In this document: piece after piece, positions 49,425-59,141 of the stretch | Layout of the letters: each line of letters begins with the position of its first letter | How positions within the stretch are numbered: position 1 is the stretch's first letter | DNA from: Myxococcota bacterium | Lineage (GTDB): Bacteria > Myxococcota_A > Polyangia > Polyangiales > Sandaracinaceae | Direction of reading: 5' to 3' | Assembly: GCA_036149055.1 (NCBI GenBank) | Contig: JAYZQJ010000227.1 | Coordinates: forward strand, 1-64,000 | DNA length: 64,000 bases | Position numbers and translations under genes: made by a program | Notes under the pieces: generated by a model | The model's input: the letters and a program-made list of their open reading frames with translations, nothing else | Told to the model about the DNA's origin: nothing | Databases searched by the model: none

Positions 49425-51236
49425 TCATTCGTAGCTCTTCTTGATGCCGTACGACTTGATCTTGTGCACCAGCGTGCGGAGCGGCATGCGGAGGATCTTC
49501 GCCGCCTGCGTCTGGTTGCCGCCGGTGCGCGCGAGGGCGTCGAGGATGAGCTGGGTCTCGTAGGCCTTCACCCGCTCCTTGAAGTCCGCGTCGGGATCGG
49601 CCTCGGGCGCGGCGGGCGTCGCCCCCTGCACCGGCGCCGGGGCGCGCAGCCGATCGGGCAGATCCTCGGGCCCGATCGTGTCGCCGGCGCAGACGATCAC
49701 CGCGCGCTCGATCACGTTGCGCAGCTCGCGCACGTTCCCCGGCCAGGCGTGCGACCGGAGCAGCGCCCACGCCGCCGGATCGATCGCGCGCACGCGCCCT
49801 CCCGAGGCCTGGGCCGCCTCCGCGAGGAACCGGCGCGCGAGCGCCTCGAGGTCCTCGGGCCGCGCGCGAAGAGGCGGCACCTCGAGCCGCATCGTCTCGA
49901 GCCGGAACAGGAGGTCCTGCCGGAAGGTGCCCTCGCGCACCATCGCCTCGAGGTCGCGGTGGGTGGCGGCCACGATGCGCGCGTCGACCGCGATCTCCTC
50001 GGCGCCTCCCACGCGGGTGACCCGCTTGGTCTCCAGCACGCGGAGCAGGGCCGCCTGCGCCTGCGCGTCGAGCTCGCCGACCTCGTCGAGGAAGAGGGTG
50101 CCGCCGTGGGCCTGCTCGAAGAGCCCGGGCGCGGTGCGATCGGCGCCGGTGAAGGCGCCCTTCTCGTGACCGAAGAGCGTCGCCTGCAGGAGGGTCAGGG
50201 GCATCGCGCCGCAGTTCACGCTGCGGAGCGGGCCCGCGGCCCGGGGGCTCGCGGCGTGAATGGCCCGCGCGACCACCTCCTTGCCGCTGCCGGTCTCGCC
50301 GTGCACCAGCACCGGGATGTGCGACGTGGCCACGCGCTCGATCAGGCCATGCAGCGCCTGCATCGCGGGGCTCGCCCACACCGGCGCGCCGGTCACCGTC
50401 CGGGCGCTCGCGTCGCCCTCGACCACCACCCGCGCCCCGGCGGTCGCCTGCCGCGCCAGGCCCCGCGCGCGATCGATCATCGTGTCGGGGCTCGCCCCCT
50501 GGAGCGCGACCCCCGCGACCAGCGTGGGCTCCCCCAGCCGGGCGCCGTCGACCAGCGCCGAGCTCACCGTGCGGGCGCGGGCCGCGTCGGTCTCGGGCAG
50601 CAGCACCAGGGCCGCCCGCTCGCCCCAGAGGGTCACCCGATCCACCGGCCGCAGCGTGCCCCGACAGCGCGGGACCCAGCGGCTCACGTGGGCGTGCTCG
50701 CCGCCGAGGGCCCGGAGGAAGAGGAGCGCGAGCGGGCGGCCGAAGGTGCCGGCCCGGAGCCGCTCGTCCTCCCCGTGCCGGACGAAGCGCTCGTAGCTCT
50801 CGGTGCCGGCGACCAGCGGGCCGCTCGCGCTCGCCAGGCTGAACGAGACGGTGACGTTGCCGAGGGTCACCGCGTCGCCGGGGCCGAGCGTCACCTCCTC
50901 GACCCGGGCGCCCGCGTGGTGCGTCCCGTTCGTCGAGCCGAGATCCTGCACCGCGAGCCCGGCCTTCACGCGGGTGAAGCGGGCGTGCTGCCGCGAGAGG
51001 CTGGGGTCGTCGACGACCACGTCGGCCGGCGCGGAGCGGCCGACGACCAGCGATCCGCCCTCCGCGAGGGGGACGCTCTTGACCCGCTCTCCGTCGGGCG
51101 CGCGGTGATGCAGGACGAGCGCGGCCCGCGGGCCCGACGCCTGCCGCGCCCGCTCCACCGTGTCCTGCGACAGCGTCGTCTGGTCCTTCTCGTGGGGCAG
51201 GCCTCGATCGTGGGCCGCCGGGGCCGCCGCCGTCAA
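49425..51236 (-). CDS. sigma54 enhancer-binding protein: FHA, degenerate GGDEF-like, AAA+, Fis HTH (start uncertain)
   Basis: VVGR..SLSRQHA..DLGSTNGT FHA; GETGSGKE, GHEKGAFTGA, FLDEV, WPGNVREL; GGNQTQAA HTH. Confidence 0.85.
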   Translation of the reverse strand: MTAAAPAAHDRGLPHEKDQTTLSQDTVERARQASGPRAALVLHHRAPDGERVKSVPLAEGGSLVVGRSAPADVVVDDPSLSRQHARFTRVKAGLAVQDLGSTNGTHHAGARVEEVTLGPGDAVTLGNVTVSFSLASASGPLVAGTESYERFVRHGEDERLRAGTFGRPLALLFLRALGGEHAHVSRWVPRCRGTLRPVDRVTLWGERAALVLLPETDAARARTVSSALVDGARLGEPTLVAGVALQGASPDTMIDRARGLARQATAGARVVVEGDASARTVTGAPVWASPAMQALHGLIERVATSHIPVLVHGETGSGKEVVARAIHAASPRAAGPLRSVNCGAMPLTLLQATLFGHEKGAFTGADRTAPGLFEQAHGGTLFLDEVGELDAQAQAALLRVLETKRVTRVGGAEEIAVDARIVAATHRDLEAMVREGTFRQDLLFRLETMRLEVPPLRARPEDLEALARRFLAEAAQASGGRVRAIDPAAWALLRSHAWPGNVRELRNVIERAVIVCAGDTIGPEDLPDRLRAPAPVQGATPAAPEADPDADFKERVKAYETQLILDALARTGGNQTQAAKILRMPLRTLVHKIKSYGIKKSYE

Positions 51237-51257
51237 CGCGTGCCATGATGGCCGACG

Positions 51258-52757
51258 GTGCTCGACCTGGTCGGTACGCGCGTCGATCGCTACGACGTCC
51301 TCTCGCAGCTCGGGCGAGGCGGCTTCGGCGTCGTCTACCGGGCGCGCCACGCCGTCGTCGGCAACGAGGTCGCGCTGAAGGTGCTCTGGCCCGACCACGC
51401 CGACGACCCCCGCAAGGTCGAGCGCTTCGTGCGGGAGGCGCGCGCCGCCGCCTCGCTCGGCCACCCGAGCATCGTCAGGGTGCTCGACGCGGGCGCGGCC
51501 GAGGGGGTGACCTTCCTCGCGATGGAGCTGCTCGACGGCGCCGACCTCGACGACTGGATCGAGCGGCGCGGGGCGCTGCCGGTGGCGGAGGCGGCGGGGA
51601 TCGCGGACGAGCTCCTCAGCGCCCTCGAGGCGGCCCACGCGCGAGGCATCGTGCACCGCGACCTGAAGCCCGCGAACGTCTTCGTCACCGGCGGCCGCGC
51701 GCCGCGGGTCCGGATCCTCGACTTCGGCATCAGCAAGATCCGCGGCGAGGCCAGCCTGACCGACACCGGCATGATCCTCGGCACCCCGGCCTTCATGGCG
51801 CCGGAGCAGATCGAGGGCCGGGTGGACGCGCGCTCCGATCTGTTCGCGGTCGGCGCGATCCTGTTCACCATGCTCGCCGGCCGAGCGCCCTTCGACGGGG
51901 GAGGCTTCGAGCTGCTGTCTCGCCGCATGTCGGGCGAGCGTGAGCCGCCGCTGCGCGACGTGGCGCCCGAGGTGCCCGCCGCGCTGGCCGCCGTGGTGCG
52001 GCAGGCCATGGCGCCCGACCCCGACGCCCGGTTCGCGGACGCCACGTCGATGCGGCAGGCGCTCGCCGGGCGGGCGCCCGCCTCGGCCGTCACCCTGCCC
52101 GCCGCCGCGTCCCGGGCGCCGACCTCGCTCCCACCCCCGTCCGTCGCCGCGCCGCCGCGTCGCTCCCGGATCGTGTGGGGAGGGCTGGCCGGGCTGGCGC
52201 TGCTGCTCGCGGCCGGCGTGGGCGTGCTGGCGGTGCTGGGCGCGACGCTCTGGCGACGACACGCGGCCGCGCCGGCGGAGACCTCGAGCCCGCCGACGCC
52301 CCTCGCGCAGCCGACGCCGGTCCCCACGCCGGCGCCCGCTCCCGCACCGGCGGTCGTGCCCCAGGAGGTGCCGGTCGCTCCGCCCGAGCCAGCGCCCGAG
52401 GCGTCCCCGCCGACCGTGGAGCGGAGCGGCGCGCCCGGAGACCCCGCCGGGGTCCGCTACACCTACGTCTCGTACCTGAGCGCGGCCCCTCGCTCGGCGA
52501 TGCGCGCCGTGCTCGAGCGGGCCCGGCCGGCGGTGGCCGGGTGCCATCGCGGGCGCCAGGACACGGTGAGCGTGGAGATCATCGCCACGACCGGCGGCGA
52601 GATCACCATCGCGATGCCCCACACCACGCGCCACTCCTCGGACGCGGGCGTCGCGGCCTGCGTGGCGGGCGCGATACGAGGGGAGGGCCCCCTCGCCATC
52701 GGCCCCGACCAGACCGCGATCGCCGAGCTCGACGTGGTCGTGCCCGCACCGTTGTAG
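51258..52757 (+). CDS. Ser/Thr protein kinase with TM and Pro-rich extracellular region
   Basis: GRGGFGVVY, VALK, HRDLKPAN, DFG, GTPAFMAPE. Confidence 0.95.
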   Translation: MLDLVGTRVDRYDVLSQLGRGGFGVVYRARHAVVGNEVALKVLWPDHADDPRKVERFVREARAAASLGHPSIVRVLDAGAAEGVTFLAMELLDGADLDDWIERRGALPVAEAAGIADELLSALEAAHARGIVHRDLKPANVFVTGGRAPRVRILDFGISKIRGEASLTDTGMILGTPAFMAPEQIEGRVDARSDLFAVGAILFTMLAGRAPFDGGGFELLSRRMSGEREPPLRDVAPEVPAALAAVVRQAMAPDPDARFADATSMRQALAGRAPASAVTLPAAASRAPTSLPPPSVAAPPRRSRIVWGGLAGLALLLAAGVGVLAVLGATLWRRHAAAPAETSSPPTPLAQPTPVPTPAPAPAPAVVPQEVPVAPPEPAPEASPPTVERSGAPGDPAGVRYTYVSYLSAAPRSAMRAVLERARPAVAGCHRGRQDTVSVEIIATTGGEITIAMPHTTRHSSDAGVAACVAGAIRGEGPLAIGPDQTAIAELDVVVPAPL

Positions 52758-52792
52758 GCCCTCGATCCCGGGGTCATGTAGGCTCGGGGACG

Positions 52793-54112
52793 GTGACGCG
52801 GCGGCAGGACGACAGCTCGGACACCGAGACGGATCTCCCCTACGGCAGCGGGGTGGAGACGCGGGACGGACTGTCGGCGCGCGACCTCGTGCTCGAGCTC
52901 CGGGCGTCGCTGCGGGATCGCTACGGTCCCCCGGTGGCGACGGCGTACGGCGGCATGGGCACCGTCGAGACGGTCCAGGACAAGCCGCTCGCCCGCGTGC
53001 TCGCGCGCAAGGTCATGCACGACGAGCTCTCGGATCAGCGCGAGGTGGCCGAGATGTTCCTCCGCGAGGCCCGCATCACCGGCCAGCTGGATCACCCGAA
53101 CGTGGTGCCCGTGCACGACCTCGGCGCCGACGAGCGGGACCGCCTCTTCTTCACCATGAAGCTGGTGACCGGCCGCACCCTGCGCGACTGGATCGGGGAG
53201 CTGCCCCAGGGCCCGATCCCGCGCTCGGAGCTGCTCGACCTGCTCGACGTGGTGCTCCGCGTCTGCGACGCGCTCGCCTTCGCCCACAGCCGCGGCGTCC
53301 TGCACTGCGACATCAAGCCGTCGAACGTGATGGTCGGCGAGTTCGGGCAGGTCTACCTGATGGACTGGGGCGTCGCCCGGTGGATCGCGCAGGAGGCCGC
53401 GCGCGGGGCCGAGGAGGCGGAGTCCGACGACCGCGTGATCGGGACGACCGGCTACATGCCGCCGGAGCAGGCGCGCGGGGCGCCGCTCGATCCCCGCGCC
53501 GACGTGTTCGCGGTCGGCGCGCTGCTCTATCACGTGCTCACCCGGCGCCCGCCCTTCCGCGGTGAGACCGGCGTGCAGGCGCTCACCGCCGCGCTGCTCT
53601 GTCGCTTCCCCACGCCGGACGAGCTCGTCGGTGAGGGGGTCGTGCCGCCCGCGCTCTCCCGCATCGTGCTCCGCGCGATGGCCAAGGATCCCGCCGATCG
53701 GTACCCGACCGTCGCCGACCTGAAGGCCGACCTCCAGCGCTTCGTCCGGGGCGGAGAGTCCTTCGAGGGGATCGTGTACGAGGCCGGCGAGGTGGTCGTG
53801 GCGGAGGGCGCGCCCGGAAACGAGGCGTTCATCATCGAGAGCGGCCGCTGCGAGGTCTCCCGAGGCGGCGCGCCCATCCGCGTGATGGGCGTGGGCGAGG
53901 TCTTCGGCGAGATGGCGATCCTCTCGAGCGGCGTGCGCACCGCGACCGTGCGCGCGGTGGAGCGCTCGGTGCTGCGGCGCGTCTCCGGGCAGGCGCTGCT
54001 GGCCGAGCTGGACGCGATGAAGCCCTGGATGGGCGCCCTGGTGCGCCGGCTCGCCGAGCGCTTCCGCGAGCGCGAAGACGAGCGCGAGCGCCAGGACGAG
54101 GACGAGGCCTGA
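52793..54112 (+). CDS. Ser/Thr protein kinase with C-terminal cyclic nucleotide-binding domain
   Basis: GGMGTV, HCDIKPSN, DWG, GTTGYMPPE; EGAPG..FIIESG..GEVFGEMA..RTATV cNMP motif. Confidence 0.9.
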   Translation: MTRRQDDSSDTETDLPYGSGVETRDGLSARDLVLELRASLRDRYGPPVATAYGGMGTVETVQDKPLARVLARKVMHDELSDQREVAEMFLREARITGQLDHPNVVPVHDLGADERDRLFFTMKLVTGRTLRDWIGELPQGPIPRSELLDLLDVVLRVCDALAFAHSRGVLHCDIKPSNVMVGEFGQVYLMDWGVARWIAQEAARGAEEAESDDRVIGTTGYMPPEQARGAPLDPRADVFAVGALLYHVLTRRPPFRGETGVQALTAALLCRFPTPDELVGEGVVPPALSRIVLRAMAKDPADRYPTVADLKADLQRFVRGGESFEGIVYEAGEVVVAEGAPGNEAFIIESGRCEVSRGGAPIRVMGVGEVFGEMAILSSGVRTATVRAVERSVLRRVSGQALLAELDAMKPWMGALVRRLAERFREREDERERQDEDEA

Positions 54113-54155
54113 AAGGGGTCCACCCGCCCTCGCTTCTCGGCTACAGTCGCGCCCC

Positions 54156-54809
54156 GTGAAGCCGACGATGCCGATGAACTCGTACCCGGGCGGGCCGCCC
54201 GGGACGCCTCCTCCCGGCGGCACGCCTCCCGGCGGCGGCTGGGGCCCGCCCCCCGGCACGCCCCCTCCCGGCTTCCCGCCGGCGCAGCCCGAGCCCAAGA
54301 AGAGCAAGACCGGCCTCTACGTCGGCGTCGGCTGCGGCTGTCTCCTCCTGCTCGCGTGCATCGGGGGCGGCGCCGCCTACTGGGCCATCAGCGGCATCGG
54401 CCCGGGCGAAGAGGTCGTGAGCCAGCAGCTCGTGCCCGGCCAGCCCTTCACCCTGAGCTACGTGCAGTCGGGCTCGCAGAAGTACGACGCGTGGCTCGAG
54501 GTCGACGTGAACCACAGCGCCGGCTACAACCTCTCCGGTCAAATTCTCTTGAACGAGAACAACACCCCGTTCGGGCAGTACACGCTGGCGGAGACGGGGA
54601 GCGGCTCTCCGATCCAGGAGCGCAGCAGCTCGACGCGCATGAACTGGACGAGCTCGAACGTGAACGGGAGCGGCAGCACCTCGGGCACGGTCTCCCTCTT
54701 CCCGATCCCCGCGCGCGCCGCCGGCAGCAACGTGAGCCTGACGGGCACGATCCAGGCCTCGCCCGGCACCACCGGCTCGATCCGGCTGATCGTCGCCAAG
54801 CGCGATTGA
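54156..54809 (+). CDS. Pro/Gly-rich N-terminus, single TM, extracellular beta domain protein
   Basis: PPG repeats, KKSK then GVGCGCLLLLAC hydrophobic segment. Confidence 0.75.
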   Translation: MKPTMPMNSYPGGPPGTPPPGGTPPGGGWGPPPGTPPPGFPPAQPEPKKSKTGLYVGVGCGCLLLLACIGGGAAYWAISGIGPGEEVVSQQLVPGQPFTLSYVQSGSQKYDAWLEVDVNHSAGYNLSGQILLNENNTPFGQYTLAETGSGSPIQERSSSTRMNWTSSNVNGSGSTSGTVSLFPIPARAAGSNVSLTGTIQASPGTTGSIRLIVAKRD

Positions 54810-54815
54810 CCGACC

Positions 54816-55781
54816 GTGCGCGTCCAGGCCGCCATCGAGCGCTGGCCGCTGCGCGAGGCCTTCACCATCTCGCGCGGCGCCAAGCGCGAGGCGGTGGTGG
54901 TGGTGGCGACCCTCGAGGACGACGCGGGGCACGTCGGCCGCGGCGAGTGCGTGCCCTACGCGCGCTACGGCGAGACCCCCGAGGCGGTGGCGGCGGCGAT
55001 CGACGCGTGGGCCCCGACCGACCCGGAGACGCTGCGCGCGTCGATGCCGGCCGGCGCCGCGCGCAACGCCCTCGACCTCGCGCTCCTCGACCTCGAGGCG
55101 GCGCGCTCGAGCGTCCCGGTGCACGCGCGGCTCGGCCTCGCGCTCGGGGAGGCCACCACGATGTTCACCCTGCCGATCCGCTCGCCCGAGGAGACCGAGC
55201 GCCGAGCGCGCGAGGAGGCGTCCCGCCCGGTGCTCAAGCTCAAGCTCGGCGCCGTCGGAGACCTCGCCCGGGTCGAGGCGGCCCGACGCGGCGCCCCGGC
55301 GAGCGAGCTGGTGGTCGACGCCAACGAGGGCTGGGATCGCGCGCAGCTCGAGGCGATCGCGCCCGCGCTCGCCGGGCTCGGCGTGACCCTCGTCGAGCAG
55401 CCGCTGCCGGCCGACCAGGACGCCGCGCTCGCGGGCTGGGACGGGCCGGTGCCCCTCTGCGCGGACGAGAGCTTCCACGGCGACGTCGACCCCGCCGCCC
55501 TCGCCGACCGCTACCAGGCCGTCAACGTGAAGCTCGACAAACAGGGCGGCCTCACCGCGTCGCTCGACGCCGTCCGTCGCGCCCGGGCCGCCGGCCTCGA
55601 GGTGATGATCGGCTCGATGGTCGCCACGTCCCTGGCGGTCGCGCCCGCGCTCCTGCTCGCCCCCGTCGCGCGCTGGCTCGACATCGACGGCCCCCTCTTC
55701 ATGGCCCGCGATCGCGATCCCGGCCTCCGCTTCGAGGGCTCCCGCGTGAGCCCGGCCCCGCCAGGCCTCTGGGGCCTGTAA
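54816..55781 (+). CDS. Enolase-superfamily dipeptide epimerase / N-acetyl-D-Glu racemase (YcjG/DgcA-like)
   Basis: FTISRG, GRGECVPYARYGE, KLKLG, VDANEGW, EQPL, ADES, KLDK, DIDG. Confidence 0.9.
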   Translation: MRVQAAIERWPLREAFTISRGAKREAVVVVATLEDDAGHVGRGECVPYARYGETPEAVAAAIDAWAPTDPETLRASMPAGAARNALDLALLDLEAARSSVPVHARLGLALGEATTMFTLPIRSPEETERRAREEASRPVLKLKLGAVGDLARVEAARRGAPASELVVDANEGWDRAQLEAIAPALAGLGVTLVEQPLPADQDAALAGWDGPVPLCADESFHGDVDPAALADRYQAVNVKLDKQGGLTASLDAVRRARAAGLEVMIGSMVATSLAVAPALLLAPVARWLDIDGPLFMARDRDPGLRFEGSRVSPAPPGLWGL

Positions 55782-55851
55782 TCCCGCTGTAACTTCAACT
55801 CGAGCGGAATCTCCGGCATCCTGCCATCGCTCGGAGCCCGGAGGGAGATAC

Positions 55852-57567
55852 ATGCGCGCGTCCCATCTGATCTGCGTCCTGCTGCTGGCCGTCGGCTGCA
55901 GCGAATCCGTGACCCTCGAAGACGGGGGCCTGATGGACGGCGCCACGCCGGGCGACACCGGCGTCGTCGACGTCGACTCCAGCACCGAAGAAGACTCCGG
56001 CGTGTCCGACGACTCGGGCATCGAGGAGGACTCCGGCGTGATCGACGTCGACGCGGGGCCGCCGTGCGGCTCGGTCGGGCAGGACTGCTGCGACGGCGGC
56101 GAGTGCGACGAGGGCTTCTGCGACACGACGAGCAACACCTGCGCGGCCTGCGGCGGCGGCGGCGAGCCCTGTTGCCCCGGCGGCATGTGCACGGGCGGCT
56201 TCTGTGACGCCACCACCGACACCTGCACCGCCTGCGGCATGATCGGGGAGGCCTGCTGCCCAGGGAGCACGTGCCTCGACGGCTTCTGCGACGGCGCGAC
56301 CGACACCTGCAGCTCCTGCGGCGCGGCCGGCGAGAGCTGCTGCCCGGGCGACCTGTGCGACGCCGGGAACACCTGCAACCCGGCCGGGCTCTGCGTCGGC
56401 TGCGGCGACCCGGGCGAGGCGTGCTGCACGGACACCACCTGCAACGGCGGCGGCTGCTGCGTGTCGAACACCTGCGTCGGCGCGGGCTCGACCTGCGGCG
56501 GTGGGATCGGCGGCACCTGCACGGGCGGCAGCTGTGGGACCTGCGGCGGCGCCGGGCAGCCCTGCTGCGCGGGCGGCAGCTGCACGGCCTCCACCACGGT
56601 CTGCAACGGCGGCACCTGCGCGACCTGCGGCGGCGCCGGACAGCCCTGCTGCCCCGGCGACTCCTGCGGCGGCGGCCTGGTGTGCGGGGCGAGCGACATC
56701 TGCCAGCCCTGCGGCGGCGCCGGACAGCCCTGCTGCCCCGGCGACAGCTGCACCTCGGGCTGCTGCGATCCCAGCACCGACATCTGCGTGGCCGACGGCT
56801 CGGCCTGCGGCGTGGGCACCTGCACCGGCTCGACCTGCGTGGCCTGCGGCTATCCCGGCGAGGCCTGCTGCCCGGGCGACACCTGCCGCGGCGGCGGCTG
56901 CTGCGACGGCGGCTCCTGCCTCGCGGCCGGTGAGGCCCCGACCGGCACGAGCGGCATGGTCTGCGACCTCGGCGCGGTGGTCGCCTGCGGCGGCATGGGC
57001 GAGCCCTGCTGTGACGGCGCCGACTGCGCCGGCGGGTGCTGCCTCGAGGGGCTCTGCACCGCGGACGGCACGATGTGCGGCGGGCGCACCACCTGCTCGA
57101 TGGGGTCGTGCACGGTCGGCAGCTTCAGCTGCGGCGGCATGGGCGAGTCCTGCTGCGACTTCGGGATCACCGAGATGTGCACCTCCCCGGGCCTCGCCTG
57201 CGTCGGCGGCGGCAGCGGCTCCTGCCAGGCGTGCGGCGGCCCCGGTCAGCCGTGCTGCGATGGCCAGGCGTGCGACGGCGGCGGCTGCTGCGTGGGCAAT
57301 GTCTGCGTCGGTGACGGAGACAGCTGCGGCGGCGGCAGCCTCGGGGCCTGCTCCGCGGGCTCGTGTCAGGGCGGCACCTGCGGTCGACCGGGTCAGCCCT
57401 GCTGCCCGGGCATCGGGTGCAGCGGGCCGTTCGCCATCTGCGCCGGCGGCGCGGTGTGCGAGACCTGCGGCGGTGAAGGCGAGCCGTGCTGCTCGCCTCA
57501 CCAGCACTGCAACGGCTCGCTCGAGTGCACGTTCTCGGGCGGCGCGCAGGTCTGCGCTCGCCCTTGA
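55852..57567 (+). CDS. Extremely Cys/Gly-rich lipoprotein with CGxxGQPCC repeats
   Basis: Lipobox AVGC; more than ten CG..G[EQ].CC repeats; GGAGGGAG RBS. Confidence 0.85.
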   Translation: MRASHLICVLLLAVGCSESVTLEDGGLMDGATPGDTGVVDVDSSTEEDSGVSDDSGIEEDSGVIDVDAGPPCGSVGQDCCDGGECDEGFCDTTSNTCAACGGGGEPCCPGGMCTGGFCDATTDTCTACGMIGEACCPGSTCLDGFCDGATDTCSSCGAAGESCCPGDLCDAGNTCNPAGLCVGCGDPGEACCTDTTCNGGGCCVSNTCVGAGSTCGGGIGGTCTGGSCGTCGGAGQPCCAGGSCTASTTVCNGGTCATCGGAGQPCCPGDSCGGGLVCGASDICQPCGGAGQPCCPGDSCTSGCCDPSTDICVADGSACGVGTCTGSTCVACGYPGEACCPGDTCRGGGCCDGGSCLAAGEAPTGTSGMVCDLGAVVACGGMGEPCCDGADCAGGCCLEGLCTADGTMCGGRTTCSMGSCTVGSFSCGGMGESCCDFGITEMCTSPGLACVGGGSGSCQACGGPGQPCCDGQACDGGGCCVGNVCVGDGDSCGGGSLGACSAGSCQGGTCGRPGQPCCPGIGCSGPFAICAGGAVCETCGGEGEPCCSPHQHCNGSLECTFSGGAQVCARP

Positions 57568-57573
57568 ACCGCG

Positions 57574-58173
57574 TCACTCGACGAGCGTGATGACCCCACA
57601 GGCGACGCGGGCGCCCGCGTTGCCGGTGGGCTGTCCGCCGTCGTCCGGGTCGGCGTGCACGATGACCGCGCGGCCGGTGACCGGCGGCAGGTGGTCACCG
57701 TTCACGCTGAAGGTCTCGAAGGCCAGCTCGACGTGGACCTCGCCGCTGATGTCGGCCTCGACGTTGCCCATGTCCCCGGCGTGTCGCGCCGCGCCGTCCG
57801 GCAGCGCGTGGTCGTGGCCGCCGGGGTTGTAGTGCCCGCCCGCGCTGGTGCCGTCGGGAGCCGAGCAGTCGCCGTTCTCGTGCACGTGGAAGCCGTGGCG
57901 GGACTGCGGCGGGAGCCCGGTCAGGTCGACCTGCACCCGGACGAGCTGCCCCTGCTGCTGGAAGCGAACGGTGCCCTCGACCGCGTTGCCCTCGGTGGGG
58001 CGCATCTCGGCCACCGCGACCGGGGCCGGCTCGATCGGCCCCTCGGGCGCGATCACGTCGACCTGGGTGTCACCTTCTCCGCCGCTCGACGTCGCCTCCG
58101 CGGGCTCGCCCTGAGCGTCTCCCCCGCCGCAGGCGCCGAGCGTGAGAGCGACCATGATCATCAGCTTGCGCAT
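57574..58173 (-). CDS. sodC: Cu/Zn superoxide dismutase lipoprotein
   Basis: HGFHVH, GGHYNP..H..HAGDMGN, IVHADPDD, GNAGARVACG; lipobox LGAC. Confidence 0.95.
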   Translation of the reverse strand: MRKLMIMVALTLGACGGGDAQGEPAEATSSGGEGDTQVDVIAPEGPIEPAPVAVAEMRPTEGNAVEGTVRFQQQGQLVRVQVDLTGLPPQSRHGFHVHENGDCSAPDGTSAGGHYNPGGHDHALPDGAARHAGDMGNVEADISGEVHVELAFETFSVNGDHLPPVTGRAVIVHADPDDGGQPTGNAGARVACGVITLVE

Positions 58174-58242
58174 CGTTTCGTCCTTTCGGTCTGCATCGAT
58201 AGACCCGAGCCCGGCGCGGCCAACCTCGTGTAGGGTGAGCCC

Positions 58243-59121
58243 ATGACGCGCTGGAGCTGGGTGATCGTGCTGGTGGTCGTGCTCGGGGGCTGCCGCCGGG
58301 AGAGCTCGGTGCGGCCCGACGCCACGGTCCCCGACGCGAGCGCCCTGGACGGGGGCGCGCTCGACGCCGGCCGCGCCGGGGACGCCGGAGCGGACGACGG
58401 GGGGAGCGACGCGGGCCCCGCAGAGGACGGCGGCCTCGGCGACGGAGGCGCGGGCGACGGAGGCGCGGGCGACGGAGGCGCCGGGGACGGCGGCCTCGAC
58501 GGAGGCCCGGTCTCGATGCCCTGCACGCCGACCGGCGCGTGCGATCCCTTCGACGCCTCGAGCTGCCCGTCGGGGCAGAAGTGCGCGGTCACCGACATGG
58601 GCACCGCCTGCGAGGACCTCACCGCCGCGCCGCCGCTCGGCGAAGGAGAGACGTGCACCCGCGACTCCCAGTGCGGCCCCGGCACCTGGTGCGTGAACTT
58701 CGGGGGCGGCTTCGAGTGCGCCGCGATGTGCGCGGCCGGGTCCATCGGCGACTGCGGGGCCGACGGAGCCTGCGTGGGCCGGGTCGGCGCCGAGATGTGC
58801 GTCCAGGTCTGCCGCCCGATCTCGCCGCGCTGCGACATCTACGCTCAGGACTGCGCCGACGCCGCCGACGCCTGCACCCTCGCGAGCCACCCGGAGACCG
58901 GAGAGCGCTACACGGGCTGCCGCCCCGCCGGCGCGCAGGGCCTGGGCGATCCCTGCGGCGGGGGCATGGGCACCTGCGACCGCGGGCTGATCTGCATCCG
59001 AGAGTCCGGGGCCGCGACGTGTCGCGAGGTCTGCCGCGAGCCCGGCCCCCCGAGCTGCAGCGTCGCGGGCGAGACCTGCACCGGCAACGCCCGCAGCTGG
59101 GGCGTCACCTACTGCCGGTGA
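58243..59121 (+). CDS. Cys-rich lipoprotein with DGG/DAG linker
   Basis: Lipobox LGGC; GDGGA repeats; two CD....C...C modules. Confidence 0.8.
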   Translation: MTRWSWVIVLVVVLGGCRRESSVRPDATVPDASALDGGALDAGRAGDAGADDGGSDAGPAEDGGLGDGGAGDGGAGDGGAGDGGLDGGPVSMPCTPTGACDPFDASSCPSGQKCAVTDMGTACEDLTAAPPLGEGETCTRDSQCGPGTWCVNFGGGFECAAMCAAGSIGDCGADGACVGRVGAEMCVQVCRPISPRCDIYAQDCADAADACTLASHPETGERYTGCRPAGAQGLGDPCGGGMGTCDRGLICIRESGAATCREVCREPGPPSCSVAGETCTGNARSWGVTYCR

Positions 59122-59141
59122 GGCACGACTGTCGTGAGCCG

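Noticed and set aside
51231..51246. Minus-strand TGGCACGCGTTGACG as a sigma54 promoter
   Set aside because: Wrong -24/-12 spacing and no GC at -12
51237..52634. N-terminal extension of the FHA-sigma54 ORF to 52634
   Set aside because: It is antisense to an intact Ser/Thr kinase; recognisable domains begin near 51100
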